Positions 13,608 to 23,088 of a stretch of 39,165 nucleotides of DNA are shown piece after piece. Positions within the stretch are counted from its first letter, which is position 1. Every line of letters starts with the position of its first letter. The notes beneath the pieces were generated by a model. The model was given only the letters and a program-made list of their open reading frames with translations, had not been told where the DNA came from and searched no databases. Position numbers and translations under genes: made by a program. This DNA is from a virus: IMG/VR virus record IMGVR_UViG_3300027823_000003, positions 1 to 39,165 of that record. The stretch is one strand, 5' to 3'.

Positions 13608-16600
13608 CTAAGGTTCTATGAAACCTGATGATCCCGACCGTATCATCTCCCTGACCTGAGCCTTCTTCGTGGCATCATCAGATTCCGCTATAAAATCGCG
13701 ACCCGGCAAATAGTAAGCCTTATACCACAAGCTCAGCTCCGCCAGCCTTAATTGCTGATCCACTGTGCGATTATCCCGCCGCAGCGAGGTCAGCCGATCG
13801 TACTCCACCACCAGCCGCTGAACATCCTTTGGCATGGCCGCCCGGATCTTTCTGTTTTCCTTGTCCGCCTCGTTTTCCACGTCGAACTGCCTTGACCTGT
13901 ACCCAGAATCCGTAATACGAAGTACTCGGTTTAATCCAGGCACCGCGGAGACCGTAAATTCCGTAAATGACTCCGCTTCAGAATTAAATTTAACGAAATT
14001 CGTGGCTCCCGTTTGATCTAGGGACCACGCAGCCATCGTTGTCCACGCCGAACCATCACGTAGCATTTGCTCCGATCTATTGAGCACAAAACCGCCGCTG
14101 AAATCATCCACCGGATTCTGTCCAGCCAAGAAAGTTTTCCACCCACCAATTAGTTTCAATATCGGATTGATGGACGGTATCTGACCAGACGAAAACCTGA
14201 TGCCATCATACACGTCACCCGCAACACTTTCGCCCCGCGCCGCCGCGAAGGCACCCTTAACAGCATATCTCATAACGCCGTTGATTGTCCGAGCAGTTTC
14301 GTCTTGAGGCACCCGGAAATAAACAACTTTCTGGCCATGCTCCCCGCCCGGAGTAAACCCGGCAGGAATGATAAGATTTTGCTCCCGGTCATACTTGCTC
14401 GTCCCCGCAAACCAGTTCCGCAACTCCTCCCCCAGCGCACCCTCTTCAGCCAGCGTCTGCATCAACATGTACATGCCGCCACCGAATAGCATCCAAGACA
14501 TCCACCAGTACCCCGACGAATTGCCTTTCACCTTGCCGGACGCCAGCTTGATATCGCTCTCCCAGCCATTCTGGAAAACCGTGAAGAACGGTAAAAATGA
14601 ATTTGCCACCCAAGCGAACCGCCCGCGCTTCATAAAGTTTGGCACCCCAATATGGTTTCTAACGTACATGGCAGACTCAGGCTCAGTCCACCCTAAATCT
14701 CTTGTGAGAACCTTATATGCTGTCATCTTAGGCAATGCCTCGAACATTTGCCCCGCAAACTCGATCCGTAGAAAAAACTGACTGATCGGTTTTCCGACCT
14801 TAGAATTAAAAATTGATCGTTTTTCCGCCTCGGGAGCCAAATGGAACTGCTGGAGAATCATATCAAAACCGTCCACATCCGAAACCGAACGAGCAAAGGA
14901 GTCAAAAGGGGACCATATCGCAGCCACGTTTAACATCTCCATGTTAAGCTTCCAGGCCTCTACCTCCTGCGGGCTGGCATCCGTGCCCGGCTTCTTTAGG
15001 CCGGGACCTTCACCAAATTTCCCCAGCCTTTTCCGCACCGCCGAATCAGGCGAGTTAACGATAAACTTATATAAATTAGTAAAATATTCTCTGGTCATCT
15101 TCCCCCTTGATTTTGGAGGCGCGTTCACCATCAATCGCCGAAAATCACGAATAGGCGAAGTGACCAACTGGAAAGACGGGTTAAACCTAATAATTAACGG
15201 ATAGACGTAGCTCCTAAAGACATGCGACATCATACGGATAGACGTGAACATTTGTTCCGGAGAAATCCTTTCAAATGCCCTAGCAATATCCTCATCCACC
15301 ACCCACGATTCAAGTTTGCCGTCTTTCTTCAGCTCCAGCAACGCCTTACCTTTTTCCTTGGGTATCCGCGCCCGCATCCCTTTCCCGTCCCACACCATCT
15401 CCGCCACCTCAATCTCCCCAGGGAAATATTTCTTCAGAAAATCACGAAGCATCATCTTGGCTCGCTGTTCCTGGGTGGCTTTCATTAACGCTATTGATTT
15501 TAAAAGAGTCGCCTCAAGCGGATTAGCTATGTCGGAAAACGTTCCAGTTTGCGCTTTGATGCCAGCGGGCACATAAGTATCCCAGTATTTTAAGGGAACG
15601 AACGCCGCGTAGTAATCACGGTTAGGGAGGATGACATTATCAAATAATTCCTGACTAATCAGCCCCGCCGCCGCAGCGTCCTGCATGATCAAAAAAACTT
15701 GATCGTGCATCCGTTGTGCCGCATTCTCCACCGCAGCCCACCGCTGCGCACCTAACTGCCTTCTCATGCCCAATAGTTGAGTCGTGGCCGTACCCGCAGT
15801 ATGCCCACCAGGATTTGCCAAATTCTTACGCCCGCCCTCATCTACTCCTAGCGCACCCTCTACTTTAATATCATACGATTCATTGGCGACACGGCTGAAA
15901 TATAGATATTCCCCTAAAGTTTTCCTGTCCAAGTCCAGTTCTTGTAGAATATTAATCACATCAGTCTGCACCTTCGTCAAAAAAAGATAGACCTGATTAT
16001 CACCCAGCGGATGGGCATCAAAAAACCAATCCAACCGCTCCTTCATGTTTAATGTTATCCCCGTAGCCTCCACCTGCCTCTGTTTACGTATTATAGGGGC
16101 GTATTCGTTATGTAGCTCCGTTTTTAGACCCGCCATTAAACCTTTCCATGAAAGGGCGCGAGCCCGCACTTCCGCCCACTTTGCCCTAAAAATTTCATCC
16201 CCTTTTAAGAAGGCCCCCCGCATCCGCTCCGATCTGCTCGCCATTAATGCACCTGCAGGTTTTTGTAGCAATTCTTGAAGTGCTAGTAGAGCCTCTTTCA
16301 CTTCCGGCTTGCGGTCCAGAAATGCGAAAAAAGTACTGTAAAAAACGGGTGCCTTATCCTTTAGCGTTGCCGGTGAATTCAATAAAACTGAAATCGCATC
16401 CGCATATAGTTCGCGTCCACTTAATCGATAAGCCACGTATGATGAAGGTGAGCCCTCCGGAATGGGTTTCCAGTACTCCGTCAATGCCACCAGCTCCTCC
16501 CTTATTTCAGCCTCACGCAGAAGCCCCCGCTTTTTGATTTCATCCTCAACCAGCCGCCCATACTCATCCCGCACATTCTCATTCCATATAGCCAGATCCT

Positions 16601-19600
16601 CCGGTTCTTCCGCAGGAGGCCGATTGCCGTGTTTTGCCGTTACTTCCTTGGTAGCAACATATCTCAGCCTAGCTCTATCAGATGTCGATAGAGCCTTACT
16701 CGGGTTAGTGGGTAGATTAGGTAGCGTAGTATTTAAGTGCTTCCACAGCGTACCCAGCCGGCCTAGTAAATTACCTCTAAGCATGGTAATATCCGGTAAA
16801 TAATCCAAAAGATGTCCAATCTCATGGGCCAAAGTCTTGGCCGCAGAAATAGGATCTAAAAAAATTCTAGGATCCAGTTTAATCATGCCGCGCCCGATTG
16901 CGTAAAAAGCACCCCTAGCTGATTGAAATTTCTTCAGCATCGGTACATTACCGGTAAGTAATCTAACCAATTCCACCAGCTCCGGCATGGCTACGATATT
17001 CACGTTTTCCATCCCCCCTAGTTCCACTTGCACGTAAGGCGAACCCTTGTCTTGATACACTAGTGGCTTTGCTGCATTGAAAACTGGAGTAACATCCACC
17101 GCCTCCACCTCCGCCGCCTCCGCATCCTCTAACTCCTGAACCGCCTGCTCCTCACGCGGCCTCCAAATTGATAGGTCAATAGGCACAGGTCCGGTTGCCG
17201 TCTGGATAAAATTTGCGGGGCGGGCGTCAGAAACAAAAGTTCCGTCGCCGAGTCGGTGCCACTTCGCACCCTTCGACTCCGTTACGGGGACAAAACCCGC
17301 CGACCGCATGTACTCATCCACTGCCGCCGCCGTAGGATGAGGTTGCGCCGCGTCCGCAGCCTGAATGTATTTCTGCTTAGTTATTATACGGCCGTCTTTA
17401 GTTACGCCCAAAATCTGGATGTCGTCTGGGAAAACCTCCCGGGAAAGACGTAACCGATCAAAATATTGAAGAGGTGTCAGTTGTTGCATTATTGTTTGAG
17501 AACCGTCTTCCACAAATCGACCGCCATACTGACGGGTTAAAGTCGCTTTAGTAACGAAACTTGTATCATCAGGAGATAGGTACACGCCGTGCTCTGCACC
17601 CGAAAGTTGAGGCATACCCACCGGAGGCTTTGAGAAACCATTAACTTCACCCCAGCGGATTAAAAGTTGTCGCTGTACCTCGATGGGATCTATTTCTGCG
17701 CCGTCTGACGTTTCGACCCTGCGAATTGTGCTAAGGCCTGCTCGTATGTAGGCGTCGGGAGTTTCGCCCACCGCTGCCGCTCTTGTTCCGCGAAGGCTCT
17801 CGGCGATAGTATCGCGCCGCCTGGGGATTTCTGCTTCTGGTTTTGAGGGTTTGATTTGAGGTTGACTTTCACGGGTAGATTCTACACCCGTTTTTGTATT
17901 CTGTCCAGCCCCAACCGCATCTAACTCAAACGGGTTCGGCTCCTCCGGACCGGACTCCACCGCGGCCTCCACTTGGTTGACATACAAAGTCGCACCGCCA
18001 GAAATTACACTCATCCCCATCCGCTCGCCGCCGTCTAACGTAATTTCCATCGTGTCCGGATTGACGTCCACCACCACGGCCACTTCATCTCCGGATATTA
18101 ATCGATCCCCCACCGCCACCTCCGCCGCGGATACAGGCAACCGTCCTTCCGACTGTCTTAACATGGCAGCTTCAAACCGCATCCCCTGCCGTTTCACCAA
18201 CTGATCACTATCTTTAGCGGCCACCACCTCCTGCTTGACCTCCGCAGCCGGCTTGACGCGCCACTGTATTGCGGAATTGACTTCCGCCCAAAATCCGCCT
18301 ACGGTGCCATCCCCAAAGCCCCGCTCCTGCCCTATCTCAGCTAACTGAGCTGGAGCCATTACCCCGCCGAGCAAGGCTCCACGAAACACGCTAGATAATT
18401 GAGGCGCGTCATCCCACTCCGCCGCAGGCTTACGCCCAGGGTTTTTAAGTCCCCCGTTTTCTTGAATAAAATCTAAAACATCATACCCCTCTGGGTTGAC
18501 TGGTAATTTAGGACCCGTCCGCTTCGCCGCCGCGGGCACCTTAATAGTCTCACCCACGCTAGGAGCCTCCGTCATAGCCGCAGAGGCAGTCTCTGAGATA
18601 GAATTATCAGACGTAGCAGCCCGCGTTGGCACTACGCCAGGAGTCTCGCCCACCCTATCCGCTACCCCGCCCTTTTGTCCCCGCTTTTCAAGAGCAAGGG
18701 ATAAATCAGCAAATCCCTTGAAACCAATACCTAAAGCCATACCCGCGCCAAAATTGAACACCGCCCGCTCCGCAATATCTCTGTTGGAGAGTTCCTCTAC
18801 GCCAGTCTCACGCGTTACCAAATCCTGCAAAAACCCCTCCACCAGTTCTTCTGCTCCTTCCGCACCGCCTTGGCGTCCGTATTCCACTAGTGCTTTTTTG
18901 AATCCGGCGGACCCCGCCAGCGTCATCAATGCCTCCGGTCCAGTCCTACCGCCGACCGCTGTCACGCCCGCTGTAATCGCACCTTGTATAATAGCATACG
19001 CCTTAGCTTGATCTTTAGGCATCTTACCGTCCGCCTCGCGGTAAGATTGGCCGGCTTGCATCACCCCACCAGCCACCGCCGCAGCGGGCAGCCCGGCTGG
19101 AGCAAACGCTACGTAAGGGAGGGTTGAGCCCACTGCGCTGCCCGCCATTTGCGCGAAGTCCCCAGCCGCACCGCCGCCGAACTCCTGCCCCGCCGCATCC
19201 AGACCCGCCACGATACGCGCCGCTTCATCGGCGGATTGCTTAGAAAATTCCGAGAGCTTCGTAAATGCGTTTTCTTGCATTCCGATTTCTCGACCTTGTA
19301 ATACATTCTCCGACCCCTCGCCGGAAGGTACCTCCGGCTTGTCCACGCCCAGGACATCCCGCAGATTCCAATACGCCGATTTAACCGCCTCCCCCTTAGC
19401 CTTACTTAATTCAGCCAAAGAATCATAAGCCATGTCCAATGCACTCCAACCACCTTCACCCGTCGCCTTAAGAAATCCGGCCACCGCACCGATTCCAGCG
19501 CGGGCAGGCACCGCCACCGCCGCTCCGCCCTCCTCGGTCTCAGGCTTAGGATTCAACTCCAGCCCTCCGATTGAGATGTTGCCGCCCGCCGCGTACTCGC

Positions 19601-19709
19601 CCTGTAGCCGCGTCATTTCCTCTTCTGAAAGAATATCCGGAAGCCCCGCCGCATCCTCGTCTTGCAGTTTTTGCATTTCCTCGTCGCTCAAAATGTCTGG
19701 TAATTCCAT
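13608..19709 (-). CDS. Giant (2,033 aa) virion/ejection-type multidomain protein with kinase-like and zincin (HEIGH) signatures
   Basis: A single uninterrupted ORF. Its parts are: an N-terminal duplicated acidic 21-mer (LPDILS[DE]EEM..LQ.E.AAG); an Ala/Gly-rich hydrophobic region; GAEHGVY...VTK, SDARPANFI and PIDLS (aa about 700-850); AKTLAHEIGHLLDY (aa 958-970); and C-terminal hydrophobic helices (GYWWMSWMLFGGGMYMLMQTL). It sits at the end of the structural operon. Confidence 0.75.
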   Translation of the reverse strand: MELPDILSDEEMQKLQDEDAAGLPDILSEEEMTRLQGEYAAGGNISIGGLELNPKPETEEGGAAVAVPARAGIGAVAGFLKATGEGGWSALDMAYDSLAELSKAKGEAVKSAYWNLRDVLGVDKPEVPSGEGSENVLQGREIGMQENAFTKLSEFSKQSADEAARIVAGLDAAGQEFGGGAAGDFAQMAGSAVGSTLPYVAFAPAGLPAAAVAGGVMQAGQSYREADGKMPKDQAKAYAIIQGAITAGVTAVGGRTGPEALMTLAGSAGFKKALVEYGRQGGAEGAEELVEGFLQDLVTRETGVEELSNRDIAERAVFNFGAGMALGIGFKGFADLSLALEKRGQKGGVADRVGETPGVVPTRAATSDNSISETASAAMTEAPSVGETIKVPAAAKRTGPKLPVNPEGYDVLDFIQENGGLKNPGRKPAAEWDDAPQLSSVFRGALLGGVMAPAQLAEIGQERGFGDGTVGGFWAEVNSAIQWRVKPAAEVKQEVVAAKDSDQLVKRQGMRFEAAMLRQSEGRLPVSAAEVAVGDRLISGDEVAVVVDVNPDTMEITLDGGERMGMSVISGGATLYVNQVEAAVESGPEEPNPFELDAVGAGQNTKTGVESTRESQPQIKPSKPEAEIPRRRDTIAESLRGTRAAAVGETPDAYIRAGLSTIRRVETSDGAEIDPIEVQRQLLIRWGEVNGFSKPPVGMPQLSGAEHGVYLSPDDTSFVTKATLTRQYGGRFVEDGSQTIMQQLTPLQYFDRLRLSREVFPDDIQILGVTKDGRIITKQKYIQAADAAQPHPTAAAVDEYMRSAGFVPVTESKGAKWHRLGDGTFVSDARPANFIQTATGPVPIDLSIWRPREEQAVQELEDAEAAEVEAVDVTPVFNAAKPLVYQDKGSPYVQVELGGMENVNIVAMPELVELVRLLTGNVPMLKKFQSARGAFYAIGRGMIKLDPRIFLDPISAAKTLAHEIGHLLDYLPDITMLRGNLLGRLGTLWKHLNTTLPNLPTNPSKALSTSDRARLRYVATKEVTAKHGNRPPAEEPEDLAIWNENVRDEYGRLVEDEIKKRGLLREAEIREELVALTEYWKPIPEGSPSSYVAYRLSGRELYADAISVLLNSPATLKDKAPVFYSTFFAFLDRKPEVKEALLALQELLQKPAGALMASRSERMRGAFLKGDEIFRAKWAEVRARALSWKGLMAGLKTELHNEYAPIIRKQRQVEATGITLNMKERLDWFFDAHPLGDNQVYLFLTKVQTDVINILQELDLDRKTLGEYLYFSRVANESYDIKVEGALGVDEGGRKNLANPGGHTAGTATTQLLGMRRQLGAQRWAAVENAAQRMHDQVFLIMQDAAAAGLISQELFDNVILPNRDYYAAFVPLKYWDTYVPAGIKAQTGTFSDIANPLEATLLKSIALMKATQEQRAKMMLRDFLKKYFPGEIEVAEMVWDGKGMRARIPKEKGKALLELKKDGKLESWVVDEDIARAFERISPEQMFTSIRMMSHVFRSYVYPLIIRFNPSFQLVTSPIRDFRRLMVNAPPKSRGKMTREYFTNLYKFIVNSPDSAVRKRLGKFGEGPGLKKPGTDASPQEVEAWKLNMEMLNVAAIWSPFDSFARSVSDVDGFDMILQQFHLAPEAEKRSIFNSKVGKPISQFFLRIEFAGQMFEALPKMTAYKVLTRDLGWTEPESAMYVRNHIGVPNFMKRGRFAWVANSFLPFFTVFQNGWESDIKLASGKVKGNSSGYWWMSWMLFGGGMYMLMQTLAEEGALGEELRNWFAGTSKYDREQNLIIPAGFTPGGEHGQKVVYFRVPQDETARTINGVMRYAVKGAFAAARGESVAGDVYDGIRFSSGQIPSINPILKLIGGWKTFLAGQNPVDDFSGGFVLNRSEQMLRDGSAWTTMAAWSLDQTGATNFVKFNSEAESFTEFTVSAVPGLNRVLRITDSGYRSRQFDVENEADKENRKIRAAMPKDVQRLVVEYDRLTSLRRDNRTVDQQLRLAELSLWYKAYYLPGRDFIAESDDATKKAQVREMIRSGSSGFIEP

Positions 19710-19710
19710 A

Positions 19711-20475
19711 CTATTTAATTTTCACCCATTGGCCTTGCTCGTTTTTCTGGTAGCTCACCTCACGCACAGTCCGCGTTTCCGCCGCTCCGGTCGCCATACG
19801 GCTCAAGCCTGGGACACCGGCGCCTATCGGCGGAATGGATACTCCAGTAGATTCCCCCGCCACCGCCGCAGGCATATTAATAGTCAGCCCAGGAGTCACC
19901 GCCGCAGGTGCAGCCCCTTTAGCCATACGATTTAATTCAGCCATCGGGTCAAGAGGAGCGAACTTTGAGCCCTTCGGCATCGTGTACAGCACCTCGCCCG
20001 TAGTGCGATCCACCACCGGTGTTTGAGCAACTTCCACCGCTCCGCGCTCCGCTGGATTCACCAGAGGCTCATACTGTCCCGTCACCTCATTCAACTTGTA
20101 CGGGCTGCCTTTATCATAGATTATGCCACTAGATTTTCCGCCGCGCCCACTACCACGGCCACCACCAGACGGCAGGCGATCCGCCACACGCTGCTTGCGG
20201 GAGGCATCGGCTATCAGTGATGTCATGTAGCCCTTAGCTTTCGCAAAAGGCATCTTAGAAATTCCGTCCAGATCTTCCTGAGAAATCGCACCAGACTTAG
20301 TCATGTACTCGCCCATACCCAGGAAGGCATCCAAATCATCCTTATTGGCCTGATTGCGCTCGTACTCCTTGCTCAGCGAGCTCCCCAGTGCAGACCCCGC
20401 TTGTTGGATACCGTCCGCCAACATCCCCACCCCTTGCATATGCGTCCGATCCGCTGTGTATGGCACCCAGTTCAT
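19711..20475 (-). CDS. Gly-rich putative internal virion/ejection protein
   Basis: 254 aa with low-complexity SGGGRGSGRGGKSSG. It lies immediately upstream of the giant protein (stop, 1 nt, ATG). Confidence 0.55.
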   Translation of the reverse strand: MNWVPYTADRTHMQGVGMLADGIQQAGSALGSSLSKEYERNQANKDDLDAFLGMGEYMTKSGAISQEDLDGISKMPFAKAKGYMTSLIADASRKQRVADRLPSGGGRGSGRGGKSSGIIYDKGSPYKLNEVTGQYEPLVNPAERGAVEVAQTPVVDRTTGEVLYTMPKGSKFAPLDPMAELNRMAKGAAPAAVTPGLTINMPAAVAGESTGVSIPPIGAGVPGLSRMATGAAETRTVREVSYQKNEQGQWVKIK

Positions 20476-20488
20476 AATAATTTTCTCC

Positions 20489-21334
20489 TTAAAGTTTCCC
20501 GCCCCCGAAATAATCCAACTGCGAAAGATCGACGTGCGTCACCTTGTCCCCCACGTTTGTAATCTGTAGCCCCAGCTTAGGACAATCCACCACCAGCTCG
20601 CCCCCGCGATTTAAACACCTCATACACGCTGGGAAGTAATCCGGATTCTCCGATTTATCATCCCTCTCCCGCCAGAAAGTTTCTTCCCCCTGCACCACCT
20701 GCTCATACCGCTCATGGTGAATAGGTATATTATTTTTATCTGTGTACTCCCAAACATCTTCGTCTGTCCAATTCCTTAAAGGAAAAAACCAATCAGCCCC
20801 GCCCGGCATTTGACGGACATCAGTGTGTAGCGTGAGGTCTCCCCACATAGGATCATGATCGCTCGACTTGTGCCCTACTGCCGCGCCATCCCAAGGGAAA
20901 TGGAACCCGCCTAAAGGCTTCCTCAATAAATCATCGCGACCGCATAAAAACTTTTCGCCCCGCGCAATACGCTCCTCTGAGTCAGGATCAATCCCAGTTG
21001 GTACTACGCCCTGTGAGTTCCCCACCTGATAAAAATTCAAGAGCTCAAACAACCCACCCCGCCGACCTAGCGCAGTCGCGTTAGCAGGATAGTCATATAC
21101 TGTCAATCCCCATTCCTCTATGACCTCGTTAGCGAAATGATATTTCTCAGGGCAAAACGGCTCACGGTGAAAAAGGACCGGCCACATGGGTAACTGCTGC
21201 GTCTCACAAAAAGTCTTCACTAAATGCAAGAGCACCATGGAGTCCTTGCCGAACGAACACATCACCACCGGACGCCGGCATTGCGCCTGCATGATGTTTA
21301 AAATATTCTCAGTTTTCTTAACAAGTTTTTCCAT
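20489..21334 (-). CDS. Phosphoadenosine phosphosulfate (PAPS) reductase family / PP-loop protein
   Basis: PP-loop-like VVMCSFGKDSMVLLH is near the N-terminus, followed by FPLRNWTDEDVWEY and a C-terminal Cys pair CMRC. This layout is typical of the CysH/PAPS-reductase superfamily. Confidence 0.75.
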   Translation of the reverse strand: MEKLVKKTENILNIMQAQCRRPVVMCSFGKDSMVLLHLVKTFCETQQLPMWPVLFHREPFCPEKYHFANEVIEEWGLTVYDYPANATALGRRGGLFELLNFYQVGNSQGVVPTGIDPDSEERIARGEKFLCGRDDLLRKPLGGFHFPWDGAAVGHKSSDHDPMWGDLTLHTDVRQMPGGADWFFPLRNWTDEDVWEYTDKNNIPIHHERYEQVVQGEETFWRERDDKSENPDYFPACMRCLNRGGELVVDCPKLGLQITNVGDKVTHVDLSQLDYFGGGKL

Positions 21335-21342
21335 AATCCCTT

Positions 21343-22224
21343 TTAGAACGCCGCCGCCACCGCGCCCACCGCCCCGATTCCTGCGCCGATTAACCCCATC
21401 GTGCCAGCCTTACCCGCACCCTTAGCGTTCGCTTTCATGATTGCGAAGTTATTGGCTTGCTCAAAATTATCGGAATTCAACTGGGAATTATATTGTGCGG
21501 TTTGAGCCTGATTCATCCCGAACATAGTATTTTGTGAACCGAGTGAATAGCCCGCAGATCCGAACGTGCCTTGAGCTGCGCCCGTGGTATTCACTTGAGA
21601 CCCAGGGCGTCCCAACACCGCCAGCCAAGGGTCCTGTTCCATACCAGCCAACCTCAACGCGAAGTCCCGGTCTTGAAACATCTTGCCCCTACTTACTGTG
21701 TCGCGGTTTAAGAACTCGCTTACCACTGCCGGATTACTACGCACCATCCCCCGCTCCGAAAACTCTGCTCGTGTAGTTTGCTCCACGTCGCGAAGCTCCT
21801 CCGGACTCAGTCGACCCCGCAGTTTCACGTCCGTCAAAGCTTGATCGGATAATTCTGCTATGATAGGATTTGCGCCGCGGAACGCATCCCGAGCCCGCCC
21901 GCCAAGTAACTCAATATCTGTAATGTCCGCAGTGCGTTGAGTGGTTTGTAGGCTTTGCTGTAAAGCCTGATCCGCCGCGGCCTGCTCGCGGGCGAAAGGG
22001 TAAATATCATCCTTATAAAGGTCCAATAATCCCCGCTGCTCGTCGGTTCCTTTTAATGTCCGCTCCAAAGTAGCCGTGTCTAAGTCCGCGTATTTTGGCT
22101 TATATTCCTTTTCACTCTCGTAAATCTGAGGGGCCAGATCCACTTGAGCCTGTAGGCTATCGCGTGTTTCTTTGCCGACATCTCGTGGAGCCGGCTGTGA
22201 AGGTGCTGGAGGTGATCCGCCCAT
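21343..22224 (-). CDS. Putative internal virion/ejection protein
   Basis: 293 aa. It has a Q/N-rich region and a C-terminal Gly/Ala hydrophobic tail (GAGKAGTMGLIGAGIGAVGAVAAAF). The call is by position in the structural module. Confidence 0.5.
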   Translation of the reverse strand: MGGSPPAPSQPAPRDVGKETRDSLQAQVDLAPQIYESEKEYKPKYADLDTATLERTLKGTDEQRGLLDLYKDDIYPFAREQAAADQALQQSLQTTQRTADITDIELLGGRARDAFRGANPIIAELSDQALTDVKLRGRLSPEELRDVEQTTRAEFSERGMVRSNPAVVSEFLNRDTVSRGKMFQDRDFALRLAGMEQDPWLAVLGRPGSQVNTTGAAQGTFGSAGYSLGSQNTMFGMNQAQTAQYNSQLNSDNFEQANNFAIMKANAKGAGKAGTMGLIGAGIGAVGAVAAAF

Positions 22225-22233
22225 ATATTTCTC

Positions 22234-22644
22234 CTAAGTTAAGACCCGGCGTGTCATTGCATCGATAGGGAAGATCGATGTCCGGTTACCGCTCTTCAGT
22301 CGTTCCCACGCTACATAATCCGCGCCTTTGCAGCGTGCCAATAAAATTGCCCATAAAACAGCCAGTCCGCGTCGGTCTTTATTTATCAATAACTCCACCC
22401 ACGCCACCGCACCATTTTCATTATGCGAATATTCCGCCGGTCTTTCCGTAGCGTCAACCTCCGCCACCCGCCGCACCAGTCCGACCGCCACGATCTTCCC
22501 CGCCCTCTTCACCACCCCGCACCGTGCGTCGTCGTAATACCACGCCAGCCACGTTAGTAGAGCCGCCCGCGGCCAGAATCGGCAAGGCTCCCAGTTGCGC
22601 TTTAGAAAAGCGGCCACACTAATAGTGGGAGTTGCGGGGATCAT
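22234..22644 (-). CDS. Hypothetical protein (faint GNAT-like pattern)
   Basis: 136 aa. GKIVAVGLVRR...VELLINKDRRGLAVLWAILLAR loosely resembles the GNAT beta4-alpha3 region. This is not conclusive. Confidence 0.55.
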   Translation of the reverse strand: MIPATPTISVAAFLKRNWEPCRFWPRAALLTWLAWYYDDARCGVVKRAGKIVAVGLVRRVAEVDATERPAEYSHNENGAVAWVELLINKDRRGLAVLWAILLARCKGADYVAWERLKSGNRTSIFPIDAMTRRVLT

Positions 22645-23087
22645 ACTGATACTATCTCCATGTAGCTAAGTGGTGGGTTGCCCAAAGTATCAAAATCATT
22701 TTCGCCGGCAATTCCCTTAGCTATCACTAGGCTGATCCAGACATACAAATCCGCCGCCTTAGGGTTGCCGTGTAGAAGTAACACCAGCAAATGATCACGC
22801 TCGCCCAGCGTGAAAAACTTACCTATGTAATTCTCCGCCAGCCGCCGAGGATTAGCTGGATCTATTAGCGTCAACGCCACTAAATCAATCTCTTCAATCC
22901 TATTTGTTTCCGCCGCCGTTAGCGTGGCCCTGATCGCATCCTCTACCGTGAAATAGATTACACCCTTATCATCAAACAAAGGATCGGCCCACTTCGCCGC
23001 CGTATTGCCCAGCTTGTAAAAATATTCCAAAGCCCTGGCATTCAGCTGTAAGAATTCCGTTTGTGAACTGCATTTAATTATTTTCAT
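22641..23087 (-). CDS. Hypothetical protein
   Basis: 148-aa ORF with an ATGA overlap with the downstream gene. Confidence 0.6.
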   Translation of the reverse strand: MKIIKCSSQTEFLQLNARALEYFYKLGNTAAKWADPLFDDKGVIYFTVEDAIRATLTAAETNRIEEIDLVALTLIDPANPRRLAENYIGKFFTLGERDHLLVLLLHGNPKAADLYVWISLVIAKGIAGENDFDTLGNPPLSYMEIVSV

Positions 23088-23088
23088 A

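Noticed and set aside
13608-19709. The giant protein as an N4-like virion RNA polymerase.
   Set aside because: I could not find T7/N4-type polymerase motifs in order (TxxGR, motif A D, motif B RxxxKxxxxxxYG, motif C HD). The only HD (MHDQVF) lacks that context. No other RNAP gene is present either.
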